Of a stretch of 64,000 nt of DNA, positions 41,255 to 54,580 are shown piece by piece. The translations under genes were made by a program, and so were the position numbers. Positions within the stretch are counted from its first letter, which is position 1, and each line of letters begins with the position of its first letter. A model generated the notes under the pieces. The model ran no database searches and was not told the origin of the DNA. It saw only the letters and a list, made by a program, of their open reading frames with translations. The stretch comes from Deinococcus sp. (lineage in GTDB: Bacteria; Deinococcota; Deinococci; Deinococcales; Deinococcaceae), in the NCBI GenBank assembly GCA_965261005.1, contig OZ253375.1, positions 576,001 to 640,000 on the forward strand, given 5' to 3'.

Positions 41255-41854
41255 GTGACCATTCCCAACCGAACCGAAGCCCTCAAGCTGCTCGGCGAGG
41301 CCGAAAGCATGAACCCCGGCCCCTGGGTCGCCCACTCCCTGAACGTCGCCCGCGCCGCCGAGGCGATTGCCGCGCACCATCCCCGTCTCGACCCGGGGCG
41401 CGCCTTCGTGCTGGGCGCGCTGCACGACATCGGGCGGCGCGGCGGCCCCAACCAAGACCGCCACATTCTCGACGGGCACGACTTTCTGCTGGCGCTCGGC
41501 TTTCCAGACGCCGCCCGCATCGCGCTCAGCCACTCCTTTCCGCTGCAAAACGTGGGCGAGCTGATGGCGTGGGACGGGAGTGAGGGGGAGTTGGCCCGCT
41601 TCGAGGGGCTGCTCGCCGCCGCCGTCTACAGCGAGGAGGACCGCCTGCTCCAGCTGTGCGACTCGCTTGCGCTGCCCCAGGGGTGCTGCGTGCTGGAACA
41701 GCGCTTCGTGGACGTGGCGCTGCGCTACGGCTTCACGCCGCTGACCCAGGACAAGTGGCGGGCGCGGCTGGCCCTCAAGGCCAAGTTCGACGCGGACGTG
41801 GGGCAGAGCGTCTACCGCCTGCTGCCGGGCCTTGTGGAGACGACGCTGGGCTAG
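41255..41854 (+). CDS. HD domain protein
   Basis: HS...LHDIG...H..G...HS...LCD metal-binding pattern. Confidence 0.85.
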   Translation: MTIPNRTEALKLLGEAESMNPGPWVAHSLNVARAAEAIAAHHPRLDPGRAFVLGALHDIGRRGGPNQDRHILDGHDFLLALGFPDAARIALSHSFPLQNVGELMAWDGSEGELARFEGLLAAAVYSEEDRLLQLCDSLALPQGCCVLEQRFVDVALRYGFTPLTQDKWRARLALKAKFDADVGQSVYRLLPGLVETTLG

Positions 41855-42056
41855 GTCAGCGCCCGGTAAGCCAGTTGGGCCAGCGGCCAGGCCACCGTAA
41901 AGAGCAGCAGCGCGGCGATCAGGACCGTGATCAGGCGGTCGAAGCGCTTGGCCGCCGCCGCGTAGTACGGGTTGCGCCGGCCCAGCCAAGACAAGATGGC
42001 GCGTGGCAGCGCCAAGAGCAGCAGCACCTCGGCGATCAGGAGGACCAGCAGCCTCG

Positions 42057-42060
<4 letters not shown>
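41851..42060 (-). CDS. Small two-helix membrane protein (69 aa)
   Basis: GTG overlaps the valS stop; MTRLLVLLIAEVLLLLALPRAIL...LITVLIAALLLFTVAWPL. Confidence 0.6.
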
Positions 42061-44714
<2,654 letters not shown>

Positions 44715-44742
44715 ACCTGCTCCTGAAGTCACAGTTTCGGGA

Positions 44743-45225
44743 TCACAGCGGGCGCACCCGCCACTCGGAGGCGATGGGAAAGCCGGCGTCTTCTAGCATG
44801 GCGCGCTTAAGTTCGTCGTGGTGGCCGCACACGACCACGCCCAGCGCGCAGCCCTTTTCGCGGCCCCACCCCTGCGCGGCGTCCAACAGCTCGCGCCCCA
44901 CCAGGGGCCAAGCGCCGTCCTCGGTCACGGCGAAATCATCGATGGACAGCACGCTCCCGCCAGGGTCGTACACGGGCGGCGCGGGGACGATCTGCGCGAT
45001 CAGAAAGCCCATCAGCTCCGCGCCCGACTCGGCCAGCAGGACGTGGACATTCTCGCGGGTCAGCAGCTGCCCGAAAAAGGCCGCCTGCTTCTCGTCCGCC
45101 TCACCGGCCACCCGCCAAAAGACCGGCTGGGCCTGGGCGTACTGAGCACGCTTTTGGGCGGACAGGGCCACCAGGCGCGGCACGTCCCCCGGCTGGGCGG
45201 GGCGCAGGCTCGTCAAACTGTTCAT
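44743..45225 (-). CDS. GNAT family N-acetyltransferase
   Basis: LRPA...D, VLLAE...GFL, IDDFAV...W..VG..LL, K..ML...GF; GGAGG SD. Confidence 0.8.
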   Translation of the reverse strand: MNSLTSLRPAQPGDVPRLVALSAQKRAQYAQAQPVFWRVAGEADEKQAAFFGQLLTRENVHVLLAESGAELMGFLIAQIVPAPPVYDPGGSVLSIDDFAVTEDGAWPLVGRELLDAAQGWGREKGCALGVVVCGHHDELKRAMLEDAGFPIASEWRVRPL

Positions 45226-45252
45226 CACCGACCTCCAAAACAACTCAATCTC

Positions 45253-45515
45253 CAAAACAACGACGCCCCGCCCGCTTTCTGCGGACGAGGCGTGTACAAT
45301 TCGTACCCGTTCCCGTGGTCCCACCGCTGTTCCGCCCGGTATGCCGGCGCGGCACTTTAGCGCGCTGTGACGGGCGCCCCCGGCGGGTCTAGTGGGCCGA
45401 TTGGCCGTTCTTCCGCTGCTCGCGGGCGACTTCGCCGCTGCGCTTGCCCAGCCCTTTTTCAGCTTCCGGGGCCTCTCTGTGGGCGCGCTCACGGGTACTC
45501 CTCCCGGTCCTCGCG
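45253..45515 (-). ncRNA. T-box riboswitch leader, valine specifier
   Basis: Minus strand: TATACT -10; GGAGGAGTA, AGAGAG and GCTGAAA stem I boxes; GAA-GTC specifier (45428-45430); AACAGCGGTGGGACCACG T-box (45314-45331); terminator ACGCCTCGTCCGC-AGAAA-GCGGGCGGGGCGT (45263-45293). Confidence 0.9.
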
Positions 45516-45695
45516 TGGAAAGTATAGCGCGCCCAAGTGAGGAAACTTCGCCGTGCGAGGCGCATTTTTCAGCTTCGGCACGCCTTCACATTGTCTTGAC
45601 CCGCTTGGGTTACACTCTTCTGAACGCTTCGTGAAGGCTCTTTCTCCGCGTTGTGGCGCCCAGCGGCCTGACGTCCCACTCGGGGAGGGATACGT

Positions 45696-46106
45696 ATGAC
45701 TTCCGGCTCTCGCAAACAGCTGCTTTTGGTTGAGGACAGCCCGCAAGACGTCGAACTCGCGCAGATCGCGCTGGAATCCAGCGAGGTGCGCTGCGAGCTG
45801 CGGGTGGCCAACGACGGTCAGGAGGCGCTCGACTACTTCGACCGTCAAAGGGCGCCCGATTTGGTGCTGCTCGACCTCAACATGCCGCGCGTGGGCGGTC
45901 TGGAGGTGTTGCGCCGCCTCAAGGGCGACGCGCGCTGGCGCCACGTTCCCGTCGTGATCTTCACGACCTCGAACGCGCAAAACGACCGCGACGCCTGCGC
46001 GGCCCTGGGCGCGGACGACTACATCGTGAAGCCGAACGACATCCAGGGCCTTGTCAAGACCGTCAACGCGCTGGGCACGCGCTGGCTGGACGCCGCCATT
46101 TGCTGA
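45696..46106 (+). CDS. Single-domain response regulator (Rcp1-like receiver)
   Basis: LLVEDS, LLDLNMP, FTTS, YIVKP. Confidence 0.93.
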   Translation: MTSGSRKQLLLVEDSPQDVELAQIALESSEVRCELRVANDGQEALDYFDRQRAPDLVLLDLNMPRVGGLEVLRRLKGDARWRHVPVVIFTTSNAQNDRDACAALGADDYIVKPNDIQGLVKTVNALGTRWLDAAIC

Positions 46107-46110
46107 GCTG

Positions 46111-46734
46111 CTAATTCAACTCCCGGTTGGTCCGATTGAAGTTCAGCTCGGCCCAATCGGCGCGGAAGAGCCATTGCTGGTCCGCCTCGCCCTCGCGGGT
46201 GTACCACACCCGCACGCCCCGGTTGGGCACCGGCCAAGGCAACAAACGCGCCCACTCGCCGCAGGGAAGCACCTGAATGGGGGCGCCGCTGCCGTCGTCG
46301 GCGCGCACGCTGAGCCAAGCGTTTTGGTCGGCGGGGGACCAGCCGCGCACCAGGAGAGTTTCCCCGCCGACGTTTCTCAGCTTGGCGCCGGTCGCCTCCA
46401 AGTGCAGCTCGATGTCGGGGTGGGCCGGCTCCAGGGAAGGCTGCCAGCGGGCGAAGGTGTGGACCTCCGGCTCGGGACGGCGGCGCGGGCGGGCGCGCAG
46501 GTCAGGCGCGTAGTACCCGATCAGCGCGAGGGCCACCGCCAGCCCGATCAGGGCGTCCAGCTGAAAGCTGAGGGCCACGAACAGCAGCGCGGCGCCGAGC
46601 GGCAGCAGAAAGCCGCGCCGGTTCACCAACCCCCCGCGCCGCTCGCGCCGCACCTCGCCCCACCACAGCAGCCCCAGCAGCGCGCTGATCAGGGCGTAGC
46701 CGACGATGCGGTAGGCGTCAGGCACGCGGGCCAC
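46111..46734 (-). CDS. Hypothetical membrane-anchored protein
   Basis: Three N-terminal hydrophobic segments; overlaps the end of the MoaB/MogA gene. Confidence 0.7.
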   Translation of the reverse strand: MARVPDAYRIVGYALISALLGLLWWGEVRRERRGGLVNRRGFLLPLGAALLFVALSFQLDALIGLAVALALIGYYAPDLRARPRRRPEPEVHTFARWQPSLEPAHPDIELHLEATGAKLRNVGGETLLVRGWSPADQNAWLSVRADDGSGAPIQVLPCGEWARLLPWPVPNRGVRVWYTREGEADQQWLFRADWAELNFNRTNRELN

Positions 46735-47233
46735 CTTTCTGGGTTTCGTAGACCAGGTGGGCCAGTTCTCGGCCCAGCAGCTTGTCCCAAGCGGTGCGCA
46801 CGGCGTTGAGCGAGCCGGGCAAGGCGAACAGCAAGGTCCCGTTCCCAGTCAGGCCGCCCAGCGCCCGCGACAGCATGGCCGCGCCGCCCACCTCGGCGTA
46901 GGACAGCATGCGGAACAGCTCGCCGAAGCCGGGCATGGGCTTGTGAATCAGACGCTCGATCACCGGAACGGTCACGTCGCGCCCGGCGATGCCGGTGCCG
47001 CCCGTGGAGATCACCACCTGGGCGCCCGGCATCAAGCGCGCGAGGGCGGCGCGAATCTCGGCTTCCTCGTCATGCACAATTTGGTAGCCGCTCACCGCGT
47101 GGCCGGCCGCCCTCAGCTGTTCCAGCAGATAGTGGCCGCTGGTATCCGTCTCCTCGGTGCGGGTGTCGCTGACGGTCAGCACGGCGGCGCGCACATGAAG
47201 AGGCGCGCGCTCCCGGTGGTCTTGGGCGCTCAT
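46718..47233 (-). CDS. moaB: MogA/MoaB molybdenum cofactor biosynthesis protein
   Basis: [32 protein letters not shown]. Confidence 0.9.
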   Translation of the reverse strand: MSAQDHRERAPLHVRAAVLTVSDTRTEETDTSGHYLLEQLRAAGHAVSGYQIVHDEEAEIRAALARLMPGAQVVISTGGTGIAGRDVTVPVIERLIHKPMPGFGELFRMLSYAEVGGAAMLSRALGGLTGNGTLLFALPGSLNAVRTAWDKLLGRELAHLVYETQKGGPRA

Positions 47234-47283
47234 GCTCTCACTGTACTCAGGAGTGACCGCCCCGCCCGTGAGCGGGAGCAGGT

Positions 47284-48138
47284 TCAGCGCCCAGCCTCCA
47301 GCACCTGCCGGGGCGTCCCCGGCAGCGCGCGCCAATCCCCACGGGTCAGTTCCCCCGGCGCCTTGCGCCAGTGCAGCGCGAGCCACACCCCGGCCTGAGC
47401 GCGCAAAAAGGCCAGGTACTCGCCGCCGCCACCCGAGCGCACGCACTCCACGGCGAGTTCTTCGAGCTGCCCGGCCAGCTCGGTCAGCGCCAGGTAGCGC
47501 GCCGCCTCCGCGCCGGTCTCGCCGACGGCTTGGCGAACCGCGCCCCAACTTCCCGGGTCGCGCGTGAGGCGCCTCGCGGCCCCGGCCACCTCGGCGGCTT
47601 CCAGCAAGTGACGGCACGGCGCGCAGGGCGAGGTGCGGCTGGGCACGCCGCACACCGGGCAGGGGGGCCAGCCCTGCCCCTCGCGCCACAAGCGCGCCCG
47701 CGTAATCGCTTGGGCCGCCTTGAGGGCGCTTTCGCGCACGTTTTCGGGCACCCCAGCGACCAGCTCGGCGGCGCGGACCTGGTCGGGCGGGGGCAGCGGC
47801 TGCTCGGGCGGGGCGGGGACGGCCCGCTCCCAGCTGCCCACCGCGAAGCGCAGCTCGGTCACGCTCGCGTCGCCCAGCTTGGCCTGCAACCTTTCCAGAA
47901 AGAGTGGGCGCTGCAAGGTCAGGAAGTTGGCCAGCACCGAGTCCTGCGTCTCGATAAACAGCAGCGTGCCGTGCTGCGAGCGGGCGCGGGTCAGGCGGGC
48001 CAACTCCGGCCCCACCACCTCCGGCCATACCAGCAGGGCGCGCGCCCGCGTGACGCCGCGCGAGAGGCGGTTCTTCTGCATGGTCTGCGACAGCAAGGAG
48101 CGCCAATCGCGCGTGCCCCCGGTGCGGCGACGGGTCAC
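47284..48138 (-). CDS. DUF721/DciA-like protein with a CxxC..CxxC motif
   Basis: WPEVVG..LA..T; CPVC...CAPC; GTGA overlap with recF. Confidence 0.8.
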   Translation of the reverse strand: MTRRRTGGTRDWRSLLSQTMQKNRLSRGVTRARALLVWPEVVGPELARLTRARSQHGTLLFIETQDSVLANFLTLQRPLFLERLQAKLGDASVTELRFAVGSWERAVPAPPEQPLPPPDQVRAAELVAGVPENVRESALKAAQAITRARLWREGQGWPPCPVCGVPSRTSPCAPCRHLLEAAEVAGAARRLTRDPGSWGAVRQAVGETGAEAARYLALTELAGQLEELAVECVRSGGGGEYLAFLRAQAGVWLALHWRKAPGELTRGDWRALPGTPRQVLEAGR

Positions 48139-49211
48139 GAGAACACCCCCTCCTCGGCGCGCAAACACTGGACTGCCCCTGGCACGGCTTCGGTGCCGGT
48201 CACGATGGCTTGCGGCACGCCCCGCGCGAGGTCCAGCAAAAAGGCGCGCCGCCGGGGATCGAGTTCGGCGGTCCAGTCGTCAATCAGCAGCACCGGCGGC
48301 TCGCCCACCCGCTCGCGCAGCAAGTCCAGCTCGGCCTTACGCAGCGCGAGGGCGATGGTCCGCGCCTCGCCCCGGCTGGCGTAGTCCCCCGCCGCCAGGC
48401 CGTCCAACTCGATCAGCACATCGTCGCGGTGCGGCCCAGACAAGGTGGCCCCGCGCGCCAGTTCCTCGGGGCGGCGGCGGCGCAAGTCGTCCAGAAAGCC
48501 GTCCGGCGAGGTCGTCTCCTGGAGGCGCAGGGTCAGGTTCTTGTGGCCGCCCAGCGCCGCGTGGGCCTCTCCCGTCAGCGGCTCCAAGCGCGCGAGCACG
48601 CGCCGGCGCAAGGTCAGCAGCTCGGCGCCCAACTCGGCCAGTTGCAGGTCCCACACCTCCAGCCCCGCCCCCCCGCCGGCGCCCAACTCACCGGCGCCCA
48701 ACTCACCGGCGCCCAACTCACCGGCGCGCAGGGCGGCGTTGCGCTGCGCGAGGTGGCGCTCGTAGCGCGCCAGGGCGTGCGCGTAGCGGGCCGAGAGGCG
48801 CGACAAGAGGGCGTCCAAAAAGGCGCGCCGGTTACTGGGCGGCCCCAGCACCAGCTCGCTGTCCTCGGGCCGCAGCCACACGGCGCTGCCCCGGGGCAAG
48901 TCCTGAGCGCGCACCCGCACGCCGTCCACCTTGGCGCTGCGGCGCCCGCGCCCCAGGCCCACCTCCAGCACGCTGAGGCCCTCCCCCCGCATCAGGTCGG
49001 CGCGCACGTAGGCTTCCCCCTCGCCGCGCGTCACCAGCTGCTCCAGCTTCGCCGCCCCGGTCAAACCCGTCAGCACCAAGTAGACCGCCTCCTGCACGTT
49101 GGTCTTGCCCGCCCCGTTCGGCCCCGCCACGCTGATCAGGCCCGGCGCCAAGCTCAAGGTGGCCGGGGCCAGATTGCGGTAGTTGAGGGTCGAGAGGGCG
49201 CGCAGGTACAC
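48135..49211 (-). CDS. recF: DNA replication and repair protein RecF
   Basis: [45 protein letters not shown]. Confidence 0.95.
   Translation of the reverse strand: MYLRALSTLNYRNLAPATLSLAPGLISVAGPNGAGKTNVQEAVYLVLTGLTGAAKLEQLVTRGEGEAYVRADLMRGEGLSVLEVGLGRGRRSAKVDGVRVRAQDLPRGSAVWLRPEDSELVLGPPSNRRAFLDALLSRLSARYAHALARYERHLAQRNAALRAGELGAGELGAGELGAGGGAGLEVWDLQLAELGAELLTLRRRVLARLEPLTGEAHAALGGHKNLTLRLQETTSPDGFLDDLRRRRPEELARGATLSGPHRDDVLIELDGLAAGDYASRGEARTIALALRKAELDLLRERVGEPPVLLIDDWTAELDPRRRAFLLDLARGVPQAIVTGTEAVPGAVQCLRAEEGVFS
48676..48727. repeat. 15-bp tandem repeat, about 3.5 copies, inside recF
   Basis: CCGGCGCCCAACTCA three times exactly plus a partial copy; encodes (AGELG)3. Confidence 0.95.
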
Positions 49212-49385
49212 GCGGTTATTGTACGGGCGGGCCGGCGCTCCGCCTGGTCCTCACGGCGGCGTGCGTACAATGGGGCCGTCGGCCGTCCACCGCAGGGCAC
49301 CCCGGGTGCCGGCGACGCCTTGGCCGGAGAGGTCTTGCCGGGAAAGTCTTGCCAGAAATATCTTGATTGAGAAAGGCGACGCCGC

Positions 49386-50735
49386 TTGAAGGGCAGTTGG
49401 AAAGACATCTCAAAGGACCTCGTGAGCGACCCCTCGGCCGCGCGAATGCGCGTCGCCTCGCAGCGGGCGAGAAAGTGGATGGCCCCCGGCATGGGGGTCA
49501 AGCGGTGGCTGAGCGTGCTGGTCACCTGCGTGGTGTTTTGGGCCATCGGGTTTTTGTACTTCGTGTGGACCGGGCCGCTGCACTTTATCGCCACAAGGTG
49601 GATTTTGTGGCTGAACACCCTGACCAACCCCAACGTGGCCCCGCTGTGGGCGACCGGCGGCCTGCTGATGCTGCTGGCCTTTGCCGGCGCCATCACCAGC
49701 GTCGTGATGCTCAACCGCTCGCTCTTACAGTCCACCGGCACCAAGCCCTCCGAGGCGGTGGACGCCATCTACGCGCGGCGCACCCTCACGCGCGGCGCGC
49801 GGGTGGTCACGCTGGGCGGCGGCACCGGCATGTCCAATCTGCTGTCGGGCCTCAAGCACCACACCGCCAACATCACCGCCGTCGTGACCGTCAGCGACGA
49901 CGGCGGATCGAGCGGGCAGCTCAGAAAAGCCCTCGACATGATCGCGCCGGGGGACTTGACCGATTGCTACGCGGCCCTGTCCGACTCCCCGGTGTTGGCG
50001 CGGCTGCTGCTGCACCGTTTTCGGCGCGGCGAGGGGCTGTCCGGGCACACCTTCGGCAACCTGATGCTGGCGACCCTGTCCGAGGAGCAGGGCGGCCTGG
50101 CGCACGCCATGAGCGACGTGCACGAGGTCCTCAAGGTGCGCGGCAAGGTGTTTCCCGCCACGCCCACCCCGGCGACCCTGGTGGCCCACCTGGAAGGCGG
50201 CGCAGAGGTGCGCGGCGAAAGCGCCCTGCACGCCCAGCGCGCCGGGCGCCCGGTGCGGCGCATGAGCCTGGACCCACAGGAGGTGAGCGCCCTGCCCGAG
50301 GTGGTGCAGGCCATTGTGGACGCCGACTTGGTGGTGATCGGTCCCGGCAGCTTGCTCACGTCCCTGATTCCGGCGGTGCTGGTGCCCGACGTGGCGGACG
50401 CGCTCAGGCGCAGCGCGGCCAAGCTGGTCTACGTCGCCAACATGATGAGCGAGCGCGGCGAGACCGACGACCTCGATCTGGAGGGGCACGAGCGCCTGCT
50501 CGCGGAGCACATCGGCCGCGCGCCCGACTGGATTCTGGTCAACAGCGCTCCCGTCAGCGTGTCGGTGCGCGAGCGCTACGCGCAGGAGGGCGCCCACCTG
50601 CTCAGCTCGCGCGGCACCTCGCCCGGTTTTCGCGCGCGGGTGCGCTTTTCGGCCCTGCTCGCGGAGGGCAGCGGCCAGCACGACCCGGACAAGCTGGCGG
50701 CGGCCCTGCTACGGCTGCTGGCGCGCGGGCGCTGA
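49386..50735 (+). CDS. yvcK: YvcK/GlmR (UPF0052) family protein with N-terminal membrane segments
   Basis: [41 protein letters not shown]. Confidence 0.9.
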   Translation: MKGSWKDISKDLVSDPSAARMRVASQRARKWMAPGMGVKRWLSVLVTCVVFWAIGFLYFVWTGPLHFIATRWILWLNTLTNPNVAPLWATGGLLMLLAFAGAITSVVMLNRSLLQSTGTKPSEAVDAIYARRTLTRGARVVTLGGGTGMSNLLSGLKHHTANITAVVTVSDDGGSSGQLRKALDMIAPGDLTDCYAALSDSPVLARLLLHRFRRGEGLSGHTFGNLMLATLSEEQGGLAHAMSDVHEVLKVRGKVFPATPTPATLVAHLEGGAEVRGESALHAQRAGRPVRRMSLDPQEVSALPEVVQAIVDADLVVIGPGSLLTSLIPAVLVPDVADALRRSAAKLVYVANMMSERGETDDLDLEGHERLLAEHIGRAPDWILVNSAPVSVSVRERYAQEGAHLLSSRGTSPGFRARVRFSALLAEGSGQHDPDKLAAALLRLLARGR

Positions 50736-50765
50736 GACGCGCGACAACCCTCTATACTTTGCCGC

Positions 50766-51500
50766 GTGCTCGACGCTCCCCCCCTGCTCACCCTGTCCGA
50801 CCCGGTCGGCGACGTGCGCGGCGACGGCAGCTACACGCTGCCCTCCGCCTTGGTGGGCGGCATCGAGCGCAGCCTCGATGTGCGCGAGCTGCGCGCCGAC
50901 AATGTGGGCGGCAAGCTGGTGCTGACCGTCGGCTTGGGCGGCACCGACAACCCTTGGAACGCGCCCAGGGGGTTCTCGGCCATCTTGCTCGACGTGTTCG
51001 TGAAAACCGACTACGGCGGCCAACTGGCCCTCGGCGACACCGGCTTTTCGGCGCCGCCGGGCAGCGGCTGGCAGCGGCATTATCAAGTCAGCGGCTTTGC
51101 CACGCGGGCCTGGGCGGCGGACAAAGACGGGACCGTGCGGCCCCTCGGAAAGGTGCCGGACGTGCGCTTGGAGGGCAGCGCGCTGATCCTCGCGACCGAC
51201 CTCGCCGCCGGAAGCGACAGCTACTGGGTCACCAGCCGGATCTACTCGCCGCTGACACCGAAAGGTTTTTTGGAGCCGCAGGTGGACGCGGGGGAAGCCG
51301 GGTTGGGCGCCCCCCGGCCGGGCATGCCCAGCCCGGTGGACGTGCTGGCAAGCGGGGACCAAGCCCGCCTCTACGCCGAGCGCGTCGTGCCGCCCTCGGG
51401 CCAGCGCCGCGACCGCCGGCCGCTGATCCTGTTGGGCGTGGCCGTGGGCGCGCTGCTGCTCACGCTGGTGGCGACCGTGCGCGCGTGGCGGCGCCCCTGA
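50766..51500 (+). CDS. Glucodextranase DOMON-like domain protein with a C-terminal membrane anchor
   Basis: [21 protein letters not shown]...LDVF. Confidence 0.75.
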   Translation: MLDAPPLLTLSDPVGDVRGDGSYTLPSALVGGIERSLDVRELRADNVGGKLVLTVGLGGTDNPWNAPRGFSAILLDVFVKTDYGGQLALGDTGFSAPPGSGWQRHYQVSGFATRAWAADKDGTVRPLGKVPDVRLEGSALILATDLAAGSDSYWVTSRIYSPLTPKGFLEPQVDAGEAGLGAPRPGMPSPVDVLASGDQARLYAERVVPPSGQRRDRRPLILLGVAVGALLLTLVATVRAWRRP

Positions 51501-51513
51501 TCAGGGTCCACCC

Positions 51514-52347
51514 GTGAGGCCCGCCCTGCTGATCCTCACGGCGGCGGCGCTGTGGGGTCTGCTGGGCATCTCCAGCACGTTCGCCTTTCAGTTGGGCCTG
51601 CACCCGCTGGAAATCGCCTTTTGGCGGGCGGTGCTGGGCGGGGGGCTGTTCGCCGCGCACGCCTTGACCGTTCGCGCCGCCCTTCCCAGAGGCCGTGACC
51701 TGCTGGTCACGGCCGTGTTCGGCCTTGCGGGCGTGAGCGTGTTTTACGGGTCCTACCAGCTGGCCGTGCGTGCCGGCGGCGCCGGTTTCGCCAGCGTGCT
51801 GCTCTACACCGCCCCGGCCTTTGTGGCGCTGCTGTCGTGGCCGGCGTTGCGCGAACGGGTCAGCGCCCCGACTTGGATCGGCGCGGGCGCGGCCGTGCTG
51901 GGCGTGGCGCTGCTGTCAGTCGGTGGGGAGGGCCGCTTCAGCCCCGCCGCCCTCGCCTTCGGTTTGCTCAGCGGCCTCACCTACGCGCTGTACTACCTCT
52001 ACGGCAAGACCTACTTCAGCCGCTACGCGCCGGCCGCCCTGCTGGCCGTGGCGCTGCCGGTGGGGGCGCTGGGCCTCGCGCCGTTCACGCCCTTTGCCCA
52101 CAAGACGGGCGCCGCTTGGGCGCTGCTCCTCGCCGTCGCCGTCTTCTCGACCTACCTGGCCTACCTCGCCTACGGCGCGGGGTTGCGCGGCCTCAGCGCC
52201 GCGCGCGCCAGCGTGATCGCCGCGCTGGAGCCGGTGGTCGCCGCGAGCCTGGCCGCCTGGCTGTTCGGCGAGCGCTTCGGCAGTGGGGGCCTCCTGGGCG
52301 CGGGGCTGGTAGTCGGGGCGGCGGTGTGGATGGGGACCAGGACATAA
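51514..52347 (+). CDS. DMT/EamA family transporter
   Basis: [17 protein letters not shown]...LFGE; about 10 hydrophobic segments. Confidence 0.9.
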   Translation: MRPALLILTAAALWGLLGISSTFAFQLGLHPLEIAFWRAVLGGGLFAAHALTVRAALPRGRDLLVTAVFGLAGVSVFYGSYQLAVRAGGAGFASVLLYTAPAFVALLSWPALRERVSAPTWIGAGAAVLGVALLSVGGEGRFSPAALAFGLLSGLTYALYYLYGKTYFSRYAPAALLAVALPVGALGLAPFTPFAHKTGAAWALLLAVAVFSTYLAYLAYGAGLRGLSAARASVIAALEPVVAASLAAWLFGERFGSGGLLGAGLVVGAAVWMGTRT

Positions 52348-52348
52348 G

Positions 52349-53227
52349 CTACGACCACAGTTCCACCACGCGCGCGCGGCGCAGCTCTTCCTCGCCGTAG
52401 CGCCCCGCGCTCTCGGGGGACGGGCGCCCCACGAAGCCGCCCCGGCCGGCCATTCTCGGCGCGCCCCCGCTGGTGCCGGCGCTGCTGCTGAGCACGATAG
52501 CCCTCAGTTCGGGCGGCTTGAGGTCATATCTCCCCGCCAGCCACCACGTCACCTGCAACAGGGCGGCCAAGGTGTCGCCCTCCACCTTGACGGGCTGTTC
52601 CAGCTCGAAGGCGCCCCGGCCTGACCCCGTGAGCGGCCTGAGCGCGGCCACCGTCGGAAACTCCTGCGTCAGCACCGCGCGCGCCTGCGCCCAAGCCGCG
52701 CGGAAGGTGCCCGCGCCGTACTGCTCGTCCAAGTGGGTTGCCAACTGCCGCAGGACGTTGTTCCACACCGCGAAATCCTGCGGTGTGGCCGAACTGGGTT
52801 GAGTTGCGCTCGCTTCAACCGACCCTGCAAAGCCCCCGCGCGCGGCCCCGACCTGCGAATTCATGGCGGCCGGCGGCGGCCCGGGCACGGCCGGTGGCGG
52901 CTCGGTCGCGGCGCCCAGACGAAGCTGATGGGTGTGTGCCTGGCTTTGCGCCCCCGGCTCGAAGCCGTAAAAGCCTTCCTGCCAGCCCAACACGTCCCGC
53001 AGCATGTCCCCCGCGCGCGCGTCCAGCGGCCCAAACGCCCAGCCGACCTGCTCACGGGCCTCCAGATGAACCAGAACACCCTCCTCGAAGTACAGCTCGC
53101 ACAGCAGGTCGCCCCGCATCACGGCCAGGCGGCCGGACGCCCGCTCACCCGCGAGGTGCAGCGCGACCTCCTCCGCCCTCCGCCTGCCCGCTTGCAGCGG
53201 ACCGTACCAGCTTACGGGCATGCTCAC
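52349..53227 (-). CDS. Protein with an N-terminal DUF4388/PATAN-like domain
   Basis: L..ERASGRL...ELYFEEG.LVH...L.WQEG.Y.F pattern; ATGA-type overlap with amt. Confidence 0.6.
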   Translation of the reverse strand: MSMPVSWYGPLQAGRRRAEEVALHLAGERASGRLAVMRGDLLCELYFEEGVLVHLEAREQVGWAFGPLDARAGDMLRDVLGWQEGFYGFEPGAQSQAHTHQLRLGAATEPPPAVPGPPPAAMNSQVGAARGGFAGSVEASATQPSSATPQDFAVWNNVLRQLATHLDEQYGAGTFRAAWAQARAVLTQEFPTVAALRPLTGSGRGAFELEQPVKVEGDTLAALLQVTWWLAGRYDLKPPELRAIVLSSSAGTSGGAPRMAGRGGFVGRPSPESAGRYGEEELRRARVVELWS

Positions 53228-54504
53228 GCACCTTCGATGTAGGCTTGCTCACCGTGCGCGGCGAGATCGAGACCTTCGCGCTCCGCCTCGTCTTGCGCGC
53301 GCAGGGGAGTCAGCAGCCCTACCAGCCTGACCACCACAAAGGTGCCGGCGCCGCTCCACGCCAGCGTGAAACCCACGGCGACCAGTTGCACCAACAGCTG
53401 CGCCGGGTTGCCCGCGAGTAAACCGTTTGCGCCGCCGCTCCACGCCGCGTCCGCAAACACGCCGGTCAGCAGCGCGCCCACCAAGCCCGCCACGCCGTGG
53501 GCGGCGACCACGTCCAGCGAGTCGTCGAAGTTGCTGCCCGCGCGCCACAGCAAGGCGAAGTAGCTGGCGAGAGCGGCCAAGACGCCGATCACCAAGGCCG
53601 AAACCGGCGACACGAAGCCGGAAGCGGGCGTGATGGCCACCAAACCGACCACCACGGCGGTCGCAAATCCTACCGCCGGCATGCGGCCGTAGCGCCCGAG
53701 GTCGAGCAGCAGCCAGGTGCCCACCGTGGCGGCCGGAGCGATAAAGGTATTGGCAAACGCCAGCACGGCGCTGTTGCCGGCCACGAGGGCGCTGCCGCCG
53801 TTGAAGCCGAACCAGCCGAACCACAGCAGGCCCGCGCCCAGCAGTGAAAGGGGCACCGAGTGCGGGGAGATCAGGGGGCTGCCGTAATCGCGCCGGCGAC
53901 CGAGCAGGACCACCAGCACCGCTGCCGCCACGCCGGCGTTGACGTGTACGACCGTTCCGCCCGCGAAGTCGAGGGCGCCGAGGCGTGCCAGCCAGCCGCC
54001 GCCCCAGACCCAGTGCGCCAGCGGCGCGTACACCAGGGCGCTCCACAAGGCGGCGAACAGCAAATAAGCGCGGTAATTCATGCGCTCGATCACGGCGCCA
54101 GAGATAATCGCCACGGTCACGGCGGCGAACATGCAGTGAAACATTGCGTACAGCAGTCCCGGCACGCCGGCCACAGCCTCGAAGCCGACGCCCCGCAGCA
54201 ACAGGTGCTCAAGGTTGCCCCACCAAGCGTTGTTTCCGCCGAACGCCAAGGAGTAGCCGATGAGTACCCAGCTCAGGCCAACCAAGGCGAGGGCGCCGAA
54301 ACTCATCATCATGGTGTTTACCACGTTTTTACGCCGCACCAACCCGGCGTAAAAAAGGCCGAGGCCCGGCAGCATCAAGAGCACCAGGGCGGTGGAGATC
54401 AGCAACCAAGTCGGGTCAGCGGCGCGGGCCGCGTCCAAGGTCTGCGCCTGGGCCGCACCCCCGATCAAAAGCGGCAACAGCGCTTTTTTGATGTGAGAAA
54501 TCAT
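53224..54504 (-). CDS. amtB: Ammonium transporter
   Basis: PGLGLFYAG, AHWVW, DFAGGTVVH, GWFGFNGGS, DDSLDV..AHG, GLD...HGE.AY. Confidence 0.95.
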   Translation of the reverse strand: MISHIKKALLPLLIGGAAQAQTLDAARAADPTWLLISTALVLLMLPGLGLFYAGLVRRKNVVNTMMMSFGALALVGLSWVLIGYSLAFGGNNAWWGNLEHLLLRGVGFEAVAGVPGLLYAMFHCMFAAVTVAIISGAVIERMNYRAYLLFAALWSALVYAPLAHWVWGGGWLARLGALDFAGGTVVHVNAGVAAAVLVVLLGRRRDYGSPLISPHSVPLSLLGAGLLWFGWFGFNGGSALVAGNSAVLAFANTFIAPAATVGTWLLLDLGRYGRMPAVGFATAVVVGLVAITPASGFVSPVSALVIGVLAALASYFALLWRAGSNFDDSLDVVAAHGVAGLVGALLTGVFADAAWSGGANGLLAGNPAQLLVQLVAVGFTLAWSGAGTFVVVRLVGLLTPLRAQDEAEREGLDLAAHGEQAYIEGA

Positions 54505-54580
54505 GCATACAGTATAGGGACTCACGTCTCGCACACCACTTACACGAGGAGTCAATGTAAGTAGGTACGCTTTTTCAGCT

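Noticed and set aside
44743..45492. 249-aa version of the GNAT gene
   Set aside because: The extension runs through the T-box leader; the GGAGG SD supports the start at 45225
49212..49385. Radiation/desiccation response motif upstream of recF
   Set aside because: No convincing 17-bp palindrome found
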